Of a stretch of DNA of 64,000 nucleotides, positions 51,159 through 64,000 are shown piece by piece. Below the pieces are notes generated by a model. The model did no database searches. It saw nothing but the letters and a program-made list of their open reading frames with translations, and was not told the DNA's origin. The DNA is from Planktothrix sp. GU0601_MAG3 (GTDB lineage: Bacteria > Cyanobacteriota > Cyanobacteriia > Cyanobacteriales > Microcoleaceae): positions 256,001 through 320,000 of the forward strand of contig CP136572.1 in the NCBI GenBank assembly GCA_035193785.1. Direction: 5' to 3'. Within the stretch, counting starts at the first letter, position 1. Each line of letters opens with the position of its first letter. Both the position numbers and the translations under genes were made by a program.

Positions 51159-51564
51159 TCCCCCGTGGTATTGATCTGCTTTGAGGGCGGATCTTTTTTA
51201 ATGGGATGGGGCGGTGGGGGTGGAGCATTTTTACTTGGGACAGAAGACCTTCTCAAAAAATGGCTTAGGTGTAACTCTGAGGCAATCAAAGAAGATGGCC
51301 ATAGAAATTTCAAGACAAAAACAATAGATGGGTTCAAGTACCACCGAATAAGTCAATCTTGCCCAGTTCAATGATAATGGGATTTTGAAGTCCGGCTTTT
51401 TTCCCCTAGGGGAAGATGGTGATTCGGTGTAGGGAAAGATTTGTAACTGAGAAAAAAAATATTTGTCAAATTGATGTATTTAAGTATATATTATTTCTTA
51501 TAACTCCAAAAAGTTTAATTGGATAAAAATTACCCCATAGAGAAGTAAGGAGATTAAGAAGAAC

Positions 51565-51963
51565 ATGAATAAACCTGCACCAACTCCCTTAACCGGAAAG
51601 GCTTTGCTTCAAAAAGTAAAAGAACTGTCTCATATGCCCCGGCGTGAAACAGCAAAGCTCTGCGGTTATTACAGCACGACAAAGGACAACCAAGTGCGTG
51701 TGAATCTCACAGATTTTTATGACGCAGTGCTGAAAGCACGGGGTATTCCCCTGAGTCCCGATGGTACAAAAGATGGTCGGGGTCGGGAAGCAACTTATCT
51801 GGTAAGCGTTCACAAAAACGGTCAAATTGTGATTGGCTCAACCTATACCAAAGAAATGGGACTTAAACCGGGGGATGAGTTTGATATCAAGCTCGGATAC
51901 AAGCATATTCACCTGATTCAAGTCGAAAATGGTAAAGATGCTGGTGGTGACGAAGAAGAGTAA
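51565..51963 (+). CDS. cyAbrB-family transcriptional regulator
   Basis: LTGKALLQKVK, CGY, GRGRE..Y.VSVHKNG, FDIKLGYKHIHL. Confidence 0.92.
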   Translation: MNKPAPTPLTGKALLQKVKELSHMPRRETAKLCGYYSTTKDNQVRVNLTDFYDAVLKARGIPLSPDGTKDGRGREATYLVSVHKNGQIVIGSTYTKEMGLKPGDEFDIKLGYKHIHLIQVENGKDAGGDEEE

Positions 51964-51986
51964 ATTTTTTCCCCTGAGCCATTAAA

Positions 51987-52886
51987 ATGACGTTTTCATG
52001 GCTGGTAAATGCACCAACCCCGATTAAAATTCTGGTTTTTTTTGGGGTGTGGATGGGTTTATGGATGCCAATTGCTGTTATGATTGCGATCGCTCTCAAT
52101 TGGCGTCCTCCTCAACCCCTAAATGAAACCCAAAAATTGGCGTTACTGGCGCCCCTTTATGGAATTGCCCCGATAGTTTTGGGGAAAATTAGCCAAGTTC
52201 AGGGTCAATCCTTCTGGGATTATGGTTTAAGTTGGCGATCGCAGTTTTTTCAATCCACTGCCATTGGTTTTGGTCTAGCTGTTATCAGCTTGAGCTTCTT
52301 GTTTGGATTTCAATTTGTTCTAGGTTGGAGTGATTGGCGACCCCAAGACTCAAAACAAACCGATGAACAGTCCCCAACCTTAAATTCCGATCTGCACCCT
52401 AGAAATAGGTGGATTGAGTTGGGGAAAAAAGCATCTATTTTGCTGCCGATTTTGCTTATCGCCCTCTGGATTAGCAGTACGGAGGAGTTAATATTTCGAG
52501 GATTTTTACAAAAACAATTACAGCAAGATTATTCTTGGTTTGTGGCGGCGACCATCGCCAGCTTGATTTTTGCCCTGACCCATCTGCTTTGGGAAGTCCG
52601 CAACACATTGCCCCAATTACCCGGACTGGGATTCATGGGGATGGTGTTGGCCTTCGCTTGTTTGTGCGATCAAGGTTCCCTCGGTTTAGCCATTGGCCTA
52701 CACGCTGGTTGGATTTGGGGAATTGCAAGTATTGATACCCTTGGGGGTGTTACGGCTTCTGGGAGGGTTCCAGAATGGGTAACGGGGTCAGGAGGGAAAC
52801 CCTTGGCGGGTTTGTTAGGAATTGTGATGTTGCTGTTTGTGGCTGGTCTATTGGGAATCGTTTCAAAAATAAATGGGTTAATATAG
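51987..52886 (+). CDS. CPBP/Abi (CAAX) intramembrane protease
   Basis: EELIFRG, FALTH, GLHAGW. Confidence 0.9.
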   Translation: MTFSWLVNAPTPIKILVFFGVWMGLWMPIAVMIAIALNWRPPQPLNETQKLALLAPLYGIAPIVLGKISQVQGQSFWDYGLSWRSQFFQSTAIGFGLAVISLSFLFGFQFVLGWSDWRPQDSKQTDEQSPTLNSDLHPRNRWIELGKKASILLPILLIALWISSTEELIFRGFLQKQLQQDYSWFVAATIASLIFALTHLLWEVRNTLPQLPGLGFMGMVLAFACLCDQGSLGLAIGLHAGWIWGIASIDTLGGVTASGRVPEWVTGSGGKPLAGLLGIVMLLFVAGLLGIVSKINGLI

Positions 52887-52981
52887 CAGTATTGCGGGTA
52901 GTTAGAATATCAATAAGACCGTCAAACCCGATCAGATTTAGACTTCTCCTCAGAAATTCCTTCCCCATCGCCCCTTGCTAT

Positions 52982-53789
52982 ATGACAACTACAAAACCAT
53001 CCACCTCAGAATTTAACCCGGTTTATGGCCCCGTGTCTTCATGGAGATATGGGAAATCCTTGGGAATTGATCCCATAGGTGAAATTTCCACCTGTTCGTT
53101 TAACTGTATTTATTGTCAACTGGGAGAAATTGAACGGAAAACCCAGCAACGCCAAATTTATGTTACGACGGATCGGATATTACAAGCATTAACAGAATTT
53201 TCCCCTTGGGATGTGGATGTGATTACTTTAAGTGGGAGTGGAGAAACCAACTTTGGCGGCGAATTTAGGGGAAATTCTGATGGGAATTAAAACCCTAACT
53301 CAGCGCCCAACTTTAGTTTTAACTAATGGTACAACTTTATTTGATCCGCAAGTTCGAGAACAATTAGCTTTAGCCGATCGCGTATCTATAAAACTCGATG
53401 GAATTTCTACCGCCCAACTGCAACGAGTAAATCGACCCGTAAAGGAAATTAATCTCACCCAGTTACTCAATGATATTCAAGAATTTAGTCGAATTTTCCC
53501 CGGAGAATTGGGACTACAAACCATGCTTTTATCTCCCTGGTCAGAGTCGGAGCGCCAAGAATATCTCCGTTGGGTAAAAGCGATCGCACCGACAGAAATT
53601 CAACTGAATACTCCCACCCGTCCGAAACCGTTAAAACATGAATTAGCTGGACGGGGAAATCATTCCCCAATGGAAAAGCTACCTTATCAGACCATAAAAT
53701 TAAAATCCGTTAGTCCGTCTGTTTTACAAAGTTTTGCCCAAGAAATTCAAGATCAGACAGGTATTCCCGTCCGTTATCCATCTGTATAA
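52982..53789 (+). CDS. Radical SAM protein; frameshift near 53245
   Basis: YGPVSSWRYGKSLGID, CSFNCIYC, SGSGE-PT, LTNG. Confidence 0.88.
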
Positions 53790-53844
53790 CAAAAAGTTAT
53801 TAGTTATCAGTTATCAGTTTAAGCGTTAATTGATTAACTCCTAC

Positions 53845-54010
53845 TACCCCTTACCCCTTACCCATTACCCATTACCCCTTACCCATTACCCATTACCCCT
53901 TACCCATTACCCATTACCCATTACCCCTTACCCATTACCCATTACCCATTACCCATTACCCATCCGTAATTCGTAATTCGTAATTCGTAATTCATAATTA
54001 CCCATTCCCT
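53845..54010. repeat. STRR heptamer array
   Basis: (ATTACCC/CTTACCC)n then (AATTCGT)n. Confidence 0.95.
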
Positions 54011-54074
54011 ATTTTAATATAAAACAACCAGTTAAATGTGATAGGATAAAATCAGTTATATCTGGAAAGTATTT

Positions 54075-54489
54075 ATGTCAAAAACAGCAACAGAAAAACC
54101 ATCGACTACTCCGATAACTGGTAAAGCCTTGTTACAGAAAGTTAAGGCTTTGGGGAACTTACCCCGACGGGAAACGGCAAGATTGTGCGGGTATTCTACC
54201 CAAACAAAAGATAACCAAACCCGCGCCAATATGACGGAGTTTTACGATGCTTTATTGGCGGCTAAGGGTATTGCTTTAGATCCCGGGGGAAGCAAAGATG
54301 GACGGGGCAGGGAAGCCAGTTATCGAGCTTGCGTTCATAAAAATGGTTCTCTGGTGATTGGTGCTAATTATACCGAATCAATGGGATTACAAGCTGGAGA
54401 TCAGTTTGAAATTCGCTTAGGTTTCAAAACACATTCATCTGATTCAAGTGGGCGAGAAATCTGAGGAAGATATCCTGGATGAAGAATAA
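54075..54489 (+). CDS. Second cyAbrB-family regulator; 3' frameshift
   Basis: Paralog of 51565-51963 (TGKALLQKVK, PRRETA.LCGY, KDGRGREA.Y). Confidence 0.9.
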
Positions 54490-54680
54490 TTTCTTGAATC
54501 TGATTTAATGGGTTAAGGTTGGCTAGTTTAATTTTAAGAACCCGCATCCACAAGCTACTGTATTTTCAAGTTTAGAAGCTAACCTTCCCGATAAAAATTT
54601 TAAAACGATAACTAATTTGAAGGACGAGAGGACAAAACTTGACGATCGCCAAAATATTGTGTATGATAGTAGACAAGTAA

Positions 54681-55068
54681 GGGGCATTACTGGTTTCGAC
54701 AGGGTAAGGAAAGCTACCAAGTGATGCAGGCCGAGAGTGAGTCAACTCTCGTAAATCAAGACTCAAACAAAAACGTAACTGCGAACAACATCGTTCCTTT
54801 TGCTCGTAAATCAGCCGCTGTTGCTGCCTAAACACCTCTAGTAGGTTCGAGCGTCTACTGTTTGACTCCGTTAAGGACAATAGACAAACCCCCAACGGAT
54901 GCTCTAACTTAGTTCCTTTGGTTGAAAAGTTAGCTAAGATTTAACCATTGCATCCCACCCTTCGGGATAATGAGGGGTTCCCGCTTTGAGGATTAGAAAG
55001 GCTAAGTCTGTGAATGAGCGAGGAGTAAATACTTGTTCTGGACATGGGTTCGATTCCCATATGCTCCA
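54681..55068 (+). ncRNA. ssrA: tmRNA
   Basis: GGGGC...GGTTTCGAC 5' end; tag ANNIVPFARKSAAVAA* at 54781-54831; T-arm GGGTTCGATTCCC; GCTCCA 3' end. Confidence 0.97.
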
Positions 55069-55083
55069 TTCCCCTATACTCTG

Positions 55084-55115
55084 AAAACCACTTAGGAAAA
55101 TTCCTAGGTGGTTTT
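55084..55115. terminator. Bidirectional terminator-like hairpin
   Basis: AAAACCACTTAGGAA-AA-TTCCTAGGTGGTTTT between convergent genes. Confidence 0.7.
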
Positions 55116-55345
55116 CAGTTTTGGCTAGAGACGGACGGGGTAGTGTGTTGATAGTAGCTGGCGATTTCCCAGCTATGGGAAAGGAAATGACGCACCAAAA
55201 TTTCCTTTTCGGGTGTGGGGGAATAGGAATTAAACCAGTCGGGTAATTTTGTCAGAGTCACAGAGATTATACAGGCGGTGATCATCAAAAGACCATATTT
55301 GAGGATAGGTCGATTCGATAGTCCCTTAACATTGAAAGATAGCAT
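55115..55345 (-). CDS. Small hypothetical membrane protein
   Basis: 76 aa with one hydrophobic segment. Confidence 0.45.
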   Translation of the reverse strand: MLSFNVKGLSNRPILKYGLLMITACIISVTLTKLPDWFNSYSPTPEKEILVRHFLSHSWEIASYYQHTTPSVSSQN

Positions 55346-55486
55346 AGGAATTTCAAACTCAATAAAAATCTCCCTGTCAGTTCATACTGCGGGAGATAAA
55401 TTCAGGGTGCATCTACTTAATAATTTAACTGTAGCACATAAAATGATGGGTGTCACCCCCTATTGCTAAAACCCCTTATTTTTTGG

Positions 55487-55969
55487 TCATTCAGGCTGAC
55501 AACGGCATTCTGTCGAGGTTTGGGACGATAGAGTCTGCTGACGCTGTTGAATTATGGTGGCTAAATTGGGACGTCCGGTTAGGGCCAATCGCCAATCGGC
55601 CCAAATTTCATAGAGGGCGTTGATGATTGGCCCGATTAATGGCCAGCGAGTGGGTGCATAAATCCAACCGAGTCCGAGCACTTGGTAAACCCGATAAAAC
55701 ACCTCTACATTTTGCAGAATTGTCCCGTCGGGAAGTAAGGCGTGAATTCGTCCCATGGCGGCTTCAAAGGAGATATTGCCATGATCTTCGGGGTTATAAT
55801 TGAGATCGCTAATATCAACAAAAGCAATTAATTCCCGTCCCGCGTCCCGTTTTTGTAAAAAATTCACCTCTCGCAGACATAGGGGACATTCACCATCATA
55901 AAGCAGTTTAATTTTCCAAGGAGTTGATGTTATGGGGGATGGGTTAACCGTTTCTAGGCTTTGATTCAT
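55487..55969 (-). CDS. DCC-family (DUF393) thiol-disulfide oxidoreductase
   Basis: LLYDGECPLC, MGRIHA. Confidence 0.9.
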   Translation of the reverse strand: MNQSLETVNPSPITSTPWKIKLLYDGECPLCLREVNFLQKRDAGRELIAFVDISDLNYNPEDHGNISFEAAMGRIHALLPDGTILQNVEVFYRVYQVLGLGWIYAPTRWPLIGPIINALYEIWADWRLALTGRPNLATIIQQRQQTLSSQTSTECRCQPE

Positions 55970-56095
55970 AAAAAATAATTGCAATTTTTGAGTATAAGAT
56001 AATCATGGCATAATTCCTGTAGGGGCGGGTTCGCAAAGATCTATAAGACTCGTCCGGGATTTAACTAAACCCGCCCCTGAATATTATAATTAATC

Positions 56096-57656
56096 TCAGG
56101 CTTTAGGAAGGGTAAAGGTGAAAGCAGTTTGACCCAATTGAGGGGGATCTAAGGTGAGATCTCCTTGATGGGCGCGGGCGATTTCCCGTGCTAAACTTAA
56201 TCCTAATCCGATTCCTTCTATTTGGCGAGTTCGAGCCGGATCGCCACGATAAAAGCGATCAAATAAACGATCTCGATCTTTAATCTGAATATCTTTAGAG
56301 GCGTTACTAACATTAATTATTACCTTTTTTCCCCGTTGATAGCTTTTGATTTTGATCCAACCTTCAGGTAGATTATATTTAATAGCATTACTAATTAAAT
56401 TTTGGATAACTTGGGTTAATAAATCCTGATCTCCTAAAACAATTAATTCTGGATCAATTTCGGTTTTAATGGTTAAATCTGGGTCTAATAATTCTATGTC
56501 TTCCATCATCTCTAATAATACGGGATATAAATTAACCTGGGTTTGATATATCCGCATTTGTCCAGCATCTGCTAGGGATAATAATAATAGTTTGCGGGTG
56601 GTTCCTCCTAAACGTCTAACTTCATCTAATAGATGACTTAAGGCTTGCTGTGTGGATGATTCTGTTTCGGCTTTTTGTAACATTTGTTCTAGTTCTCCTT
56701 GAAGAATTGCTAAGGGAGTTTTGAGTTCATGGGCGGCGTCGCCACTGAAACGAGACGCTTGTTTGAAACTACGTTCTAAGCGTTCTAACATTTGATTAAA
56801 GACTTGAATTAATTCGACAAATTCCATATCGGTTGTGCTGATAGGAACACGCTGATCTAGTCCTTGAACTGTGACTTGTTGGATACTTTTTGTTAATTGT
56901 TGAATCGGGCGTAATGCACTACCAGATAATGCCCAAGAACCTCCAACAATCAGTAATAATAAAATAGGAATTGATACTAAAAAACCATTGCGAAACTGAT
57001 ACCATTTCCTGATCAATAATACTCAAATTAACAGCGATCGCCACTTTTTGATGGGGAAAGGTGACTAAACCGACGCGCCACAACCCCGTAGGAGAGCGTC
57101 GGGTGATGATTTTGAGTTCAGGAGAGGGGGGCGGTAAATGGTTGCGGGGGCGACGAGGAATATCTAAATCATCGGGAAAATCTCGCCTACGGGGAGTATC
57201 TAAATCATCGGGAAAATCCCGCTTATGGGGAGTATCTAAATCATCGGGAAAATCCCGCTTATGGGGAATATCTAAATCATCGGGAAAATCCCGCTTATGG
57301 GGAATATCTAAATCATGGCTAGGAGGTAATAAGAATGGGATAAAATCAGAAATCTGAAGGTTGATGTCTGACCAATTAATTGACTGATATTGGGTATAAC
57401 CGTCTCTATCAAGTACCCAAATTTTGATTGGGGTGTCCTTAAAATCATGGGTTAATTGAGTTTCATAAACTTCTAATGAGGGTTGCTCTTGTAGATGGTT
57501 AGTTTGTAATAATTGGTTTTGGAGTTGGGCGTCTAAACGACCTGAATAAGCATTATAAATCAACCACCAAAATACCATACTAAAAGCGATTAAAGAAGCC
57601 CCGGTTAGGGTGGCGGATAATAGAGCAATACGGACTCGAAAAGAGTGGCGTTTCAT
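56096..57656 (-). CDS. Sensor histidine kinase (TM-HAMP-HisKA-HATPase); frameshift near 57000
   Basis: FSGDAAHELKTPL, NAIKY, GLGLSL; 12-aa repeats in the region between the TM segments. Confidence 0.88.
57157..57316. repeat. 36-bp in-frame tandem repeat (~4.5 copies)
   Basis: Encodes DDLD(I/T)P(H/R)(K/R)RDFP. Confidence 0.95.
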
Positions 57657-58336
57657 GGTTGTAACTCCGGTTTACGAAAGCGATAACCGACGCCGCGCAC
57701 ACTTTCAATACAGTCATTTCCACCGATACCATCAATTTTTTTTCTAATCCGTTGAATACAGACATCTACAACATTTGTATTCGGGTTAAAATCATAACCC
57801 CAAATGTGTTCTAATATTTGGGTGCGGGTTAATACTCGTCCGGGCGATCGCATCAAATATTCTAACAAGTTAAATTCCCGGGTGGTGAGTTCAATAATCT
57901 GTTGATTACAGGTAACTTCTCGGGTAATTCTATCTAATTTTAGCGGCCCATAAGCAATAATATTTTGACGTTCACCGATATTCCGACGCACGACAGCATG
58001 GATACGGGCGATTAATTCTTCAACAAAAAAAGGTTTGGAAATATAGTCATCTGCACCTAAATTAAGTCCTTCTAGTCGGTCTTCTAATTCATTGCGGGCG
58101 GTCAGCAGAATAACGGGAATATTGCGTCCAGCTTTGCGGAGACTTTTGAGAATAGATAATCCATCTTTTCCCGGGATCATAATATCGAGAACAATGACAT
58201 CATATTCGTTATTCATTGCTTGTAAATACCCGTCATCGCCGTTGTCGTAATAGTTGACAACAAATCCTTGTTCCTTCAGACCCATTTGTACGAAGTTGGC
58301 GATTTTGGGTTGATCTTCAATCAACAGAACATTCAT
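57653..58336 (-). CDS. OmpR/PhoB-family response regulator
   Basis: LLIED, VLDIMIP, GADDYISKPF, SVRGVGY. Confidence 0.95.
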   Translation of the reverse strand: MNVLLIEDQPKIANFVQMGLKEQGFVVNYYDNGDDGYLQAMNNEYDVIVLDIMIPGKDGLSILKSLRKAGRNIPVILLTARNELEDRLEGLNLGADDYISKPFFVEELIARIHAVVRRNIGERQNIIAYGPLKLDRITREVTCNQQIIELTTREFNLLEYLMRSPGRVLTRTQILEHIWGYDFNPNTNVVDVCIQRIRKKIDGIGGNDCIESVRGVGYRFRKPELQP

Positions 58337-58481
58337 AATTTTAATGAGAATTTGATGAGAACTTCCTTAATAATAGTTGGATTAATGGTTCTATAATATT
58401 ACAAATTTGTAATCTAAGGAAGTGGAAAACGGTAATCATAGTTTGGCTTAATAGAAACATCAAGGATTAGGGAATTAAGCC

Positions 58482-59028
58482 ATGCAAATATTTCAACTTG
58501 AATTTAATCCGGTTTCCTTTGCGGCTTTATTAGGATTTTTAGCCGTGGGAGCTTATATTTTAACGTTACTTCCGACAACTTTAAAAATTGTTTTTCCAGC
58601 GACAACAAAAAGCGGGATTCCTAAATGGTTGTTGAAATATCGGCGTTGGATTGGTCTTTTGTCCTTTGGTTTGGCGGTGGGTCATGCTTATATTTATTTT
58701 AAACAAAGAAATTTTGATTTGTGGGATATTAAAACCTATTGGTTTCTATTTTCAAGGTGTTTCAACCTTGACTATTTTTACTTTATTGGCAATTACTTCT
58801 AATAATTGGAGTATGAAAAAACTCAAGAAGAATTGGAAGAAATTACAACAGTTAACCTATTTAGCAATGTTTTTATTAACTTGGCATATTTGGGCAATTA
58901 TGGCTCACCATTGGACATATTTAACTCCGATGGGAATAGTAGCAATGTTCATTATTATTGTTTTATTTCTCTATCGTCAATGGATTGTTAAGCAAACCTC
59001 AAAAACCGGGTTTCTACAAAAATCTTGA
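58482..59028 (+). CDS. Ferric-reductase-like transmembrane protein (MsrQ-like); frameshift near 58745
   Basis: RRWIGL...H, LAITSN...LKKNWKKL..LTY....H. Confidence 0.8.
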
Positions 59029-59073
59029 TTTCTATCCCGATAAAACGATTAGAAACCCGGTTTTTTATTATTA

Positions 59074-60453
59074 ATGGAGTTAAATCAAATGTTTGTTAAA
59101 CAAATTAACTGGAAAATTTCAACGGTTTTATTGGTTCCAATTATCATGGCTGCAAGTGTTTATTTGAATCAAAAGTTATTCGCCTCAAACTCAACATTAT
59201 CCCATGCAAAATCTGGTTTTTCTTCGGCTTCTATACAAACTTTAAAAGATGATTCAGGATGGATTTATGCGATCGCAATTACTCCCGATGGTAAAACATT
59301 AATTAGTGGGGGATATGGCGGTTTAATTAAGATTTGGGATGCTAAAACGGGTCAATTACAAAAAACCTTAAATGCCCACGTTGATGCAATTGAATCTTTG
59401 GCGATTAGTCCTGATGGCAATTTAATTATTAGTGCGAGTTGGGATAATGAAATTAAACTCTGGAATCCGAAAACAGGTCAACTAATTAATACCCTTAAAG
59501 GTCATAGCGATGATATTAAAACTATTGCCATTAGTCCCGATGGAAAATTGTTAGCATCTGGGAGTACGGATAAAAAAATTTGTCTATGGAATTTGTCTGA
59601 TGGTAAACTGATTAAAACCCTAGATAATAAAGATTGGGTGAAATCTATTGCTTTTAGTCCCGATAGTCAGGTATTAGCAGCCGGAGGAGAAAATGGCAAT
59701 ATTAAAATTTGGTCTTTAATTGACGAGGGAAACTATATTTTAATGCAGCATTCTGGGGCGATTCAATCCCTAGCTTTTAGTCCCGATGGTCAGATGTTAG
59801 CTAGTGGAAGTGCTGACCATACAGTGAAATTATGGCAGTTTAAAACTGGGAAGGTTTTACACACATTAAATCATCATTCCGCCGCCGTTTTGTCCGTTGT
59901 TTTTAATCCCCAAGGGGATATTTTAGCTAGTGGGAGTTATGATAAAACGATTAATTTATGGAATCCTAATACGGGGGAATTATTAGATAATTTATCGGAA
60001 CATAAAAATCCAGTTTGGTCATTGGCTTTTAATCCTGAAGGTACGGTTTTAGCAAGTGGGAGCGGAGACGAAACAATTAAATTTTGGTCAATGAATACCC
60101 CTAATAATCCGATTTATGCCGCTTCCCAAACTCGAATTAATAAAGTACCTGTAATAATCACAAAACCCGAATTAATTCAACACTTAAATCAACAACTTTA
60201 TGCTATAATTGATCAACGTTGGCAATCGAATTTAATGATTAGTGATTCATTGATTTATCGAGTAACTTTAAACGAACAGGGAAAAATCATGGAGTATCAA
60301 CCCTTTAACTCAGCCGCAGTTCGGGAGATGCAAAAAACCGCCCCTATTTTCCAACCGGATACTCAATCTCGGTCTGAATATGCGGCTCAATTTCAGGTGG
60401 TGTTATCTGCCGATGGCATACTTGAAGTTAGTCCTTGGGAGGGGTGGAGATAG
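59074..60453 (+). CDS. WD40-repeat protein with N-terminal membrane/signal anchor
   Basis: Seven WD40 repeats (H...V.SLAFSPDG.LASGS.D.TIKLW). Confidence 0.92.
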   Translation: MELNQMFVKQINWKISTVLLVPIIMAASVYLNQKLFASNSTLSHAKSGFSSASIQTLKDDSGWIYAIAITPDGKTLISGGYGGLIKIWDAKTGQLQKTLNAHVDAIESLAISPDGNLIISASWDNEIKLWNPKTGQLINTLKGHSDDIKTIAISPDGKLLASGSTDKKICLWNLSDGKLIKTLDNKDWVKSIAFSPDSQVLAAGGENGNIKIWSLIDEGNYILMQHSGAIQSLAFSPDGQMLASGSADHTVKLWQFKTGKVLHTLNHHSAAVLSVVFNPQGDILASGSYDKTINLWNPNTGELLDNLSEHKNPVWSLAFNPEGTVLASGSGDETIKFWSMNTPNNPIYAASQTRINKVPVIITKPELIQHLNQQLYAIIDQRWQSNLMISDSLIYRVTLNEQGKIMEYQPFNSAAVREMQKTAPIFQPDTQSRSEYAAQFQVVLSADGILEVSPWEGWR

Positions 60454-60523
60454 TTGCTAAATTTATAACTTTTGGGTTTCCTTTTGTTTGATTTTCCCTA
60501 AATGCAGTAAACTATAAAAATGA

Positions 60524-61841
<1,318 letters not shown>

Positions 61842-61942
61842 TTCGTAGTGAGCCCGACCGGGCTCTCTAACCCTAATCCCTCTAACCCCTGAAGGGGTTA
61901 CTACGAGTTTCTCTAACCCCTGAAGGGGTTACTACGGGGTTA

Positions 61943-63806
61943 CTACGAGTTGGGTAAATAGGGTTGTAAGGCATCTTTAGTAACAGCAATATTACAAGCT
62001 AAAGCAATTTGTTCCTTTTCAATAATCCCAACCAATTGACGCGGGTGTTCCCGGGTGACAACGGGTAATTGGGGTAAATCCCTGGCGGCCATCCGTTCTA
62101 AGGCGACCTGAACGGGTTCATCTTCATAGGCACAGAGGATTTCCGTTGTGCAAATTTCCTTTAATATTTGCTGTCCTAATGCTAAAGAAGAATCGGGGTT
62201 TGTGGCTTGAAAAATGGAACGACGGATATCTGTAACCGTGATTAATCCAGCTAATTGAGAAGTTTCATCTAAGATTAAAGCCGTATGACAATTCAGTTGT
62301 ACCATCACCGCACCCGCCTCTAAAATCGGCATCGAACAGGGAAGGGTTAAATAGGATTGACCCATCACCTCAGAAATTCTAATGGTTTGTAAGATTTCTA
62401 ACTCATTGGGTCGTTCTAAATAAACCCCCATTTGTTGTAAATTCAATCCCGAATCCGATTTATTAGATTGCACCACATCCACAATTAAAACACTTACCCC
62501 CACCGCCGCCATTAACGGTAAAATAATCAGATAATTTTGAGTCATTTCAAATAATAATAAAATCGCCGTTAAAGGTGCTCTTACACTCGATGCTAATACC
62601 GCCGCCATTCCCACCATGGCATAGGCGGCCGGGGGTGCAATATCCGGTAAAAAAGGGTGGACTAATCCCCCTACGGCTTGCCCATAGGTGGCTCCCAATG
62701 TCGCCCCAATAAACATCGCTGGAGCAAAAATTCCCCCCACTAATCCACTACCCAAACTAATAGAAGTGGCAATAATTTTAAGCACTAATAAAATCATTAA
62801 TAAATCTAAAGAAAATTGCCCCTCTTGTAATAGGGCTTGAATCGTGCCATAACCAGGGCCGAGAATATGGGGAAAATGAATGGCGACAATTCCGACAAAT
62901 AATCCTCCCAACATGGGATGTAGATGTTGAGGAATTTTGGTTAAACAGAAGAAAGCCGGAACTTCTCCCCGAAAACAACGTTGGGAAAATTTAATCGCTT
63001 GGGTATAGGCTAAGGAAACAAAACTGGCTAAACAGCCTAATCCTAAATAAAGTAATAATTCCCAATTGCTACGAAACCTCATAAACCGGGGGAGAAAAAG
63101 CCGGATGGTCACCAAAAACAATTCGGGCAACTACAGAAGAAACCACCGAAGCTAGGAGGACTAAACCCACACCCGAAGCCGCAAAACTTGAGCCTAAAAT
63201 TACTTCTAAAGCAAAGAAAACTCCAGCAATCGGAGCATTAAATCCGGCGGCTAATCCGGCGGCGGCTCCGGCTCCTAATAATAGCCGATAGCGCTCTTTA
63301 GAAACTTGAAAATTTTGCCCTAAAATTGCGCCTAAATTTGCCCCAATTTCCACACTCGGCCCCTCGGGGCCCAAGGAAGCACCCGTACCTAGAGAAATGG
63401 CGGCGGCTAAAAGTTTAATAAACGGTCGAAAAGGAGAAATAATCTGGATTCTTTGAGTATTAATTAAAGAAGAAATCCCCTCGCCAAAAAATTCCTGATA
63501 ACGATAGCGAATTAACCCAACAATTAGACCGCCGATGGGTGGAATTAATGCCAGTGTCCATAGACCAAAGGGCATCATTAATCCCATAAAATCTTCTAGG
63601 GTTAACCGTTGTAGAAGTTCCACTAATCCGTGAAACATGACCATGACCAACCCCGTCCCCCCGCCAATTAAAAGGGCAAAGATTAAAATTAATATTTGCG
63701 GGGGAGGTTGTAAACGGTTTAATAAGCTTGTTAGGCGGTCAGAAACGGAGGGAAGTTCGGGTTGCTGCAGCAGAATGCCCTCATTATTGGGCAGAGTGGT
63801 TGTCAT
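61943..63806 (-). CDS. ClC-family chloride channel/antiporter with CBS domains; frameshift near 63075
   Basis: GPEGP, GFNAPIAG, GGIFAP, CBS pair. Confidence 0.92.
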
Positions 63807-64000
63807 TATGATTAATTGCCGAATAATCTTTATAAAATTTCAAACAAGTTCTAACCCGGGTAAGTATTAAAACTTAAATAACGTACTCATTCATAAAGAA
63901 CAGACACTTCAGGTTTATCGATTAGATTCCCAGGACTATACACAGAAAAACATACACCACTGTATCCTGCCTGCTGCTGATTACCCGCCTTGGGTTTCTA

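Noticed and set aside
54681..56100. Integrative element at the tmRNA 3' end
   Set aside because: No integrase and no duplicated ssrA 3' end seen; downstream genes look chromosomal.
57157..57316. 36-bp repeats as a CRISPR array
   Set aside because: The units are contiguous with no unique spacers, are in frame within a kinase, and no cas genes are present.

Overview
64 kb of a filamentous cyanobacterial chromosome. The genus is probably Planktothrix or a related oscillatorian, inferred from frequent HIP1 GCGATCGC sites, heptamer STRR arrays, apcD, cyAbrB, ycf35 and the tmRNA tag ANNIVPFARKSAAVAA. Most of the window is housekeeping and signalling genes: arfB, a gyrA/parC paralog, thiC with a TPP riboswitch, hpf, lipB, rbp-rpsU, gndA, ruvB, apcD, rlmD, lpxD, ssrA, serS, a ClC channel, a Cu-ATPase, and several histidine kinase and c-di-GMP genes. 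Roughly half of the genes, including essential ones, are split by single-base indels, which I read as sequencing error; they are reported as joined genes. Highlights: (1) a TPR + FGE-sulfatase/C-type-lectin gene (38959-41815) whose 3' end has the hallmarks of a diversity-generating retroelement (DGR) variable region plus a downstream GC hairpin, with no RT or template repeat in the window, so it looks like a remote DGR target; (2) a low-GC gene at the left edge fusing two cold-shock domains to a DarT-like DNA ADP-ribosyltransferase, followed by a gene whose first 14 codons resemble an ADP-ribosylglycohydrolase rather than DarG; (3) a ~500-nt highly structured non-coding region between rbp and rpsU; (4) a hybrid kinase with an insert-Cys-type cyanobacteriochrome GAF. 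Also present are a Type II R-M pair, toxin-antitoxin pairs (hicA with an in-frame stop), a sensor kinase with 36-bp tandem repeats, and several REP/MITE families. All family calls come from motifs recognised by eye; no database searches were run.
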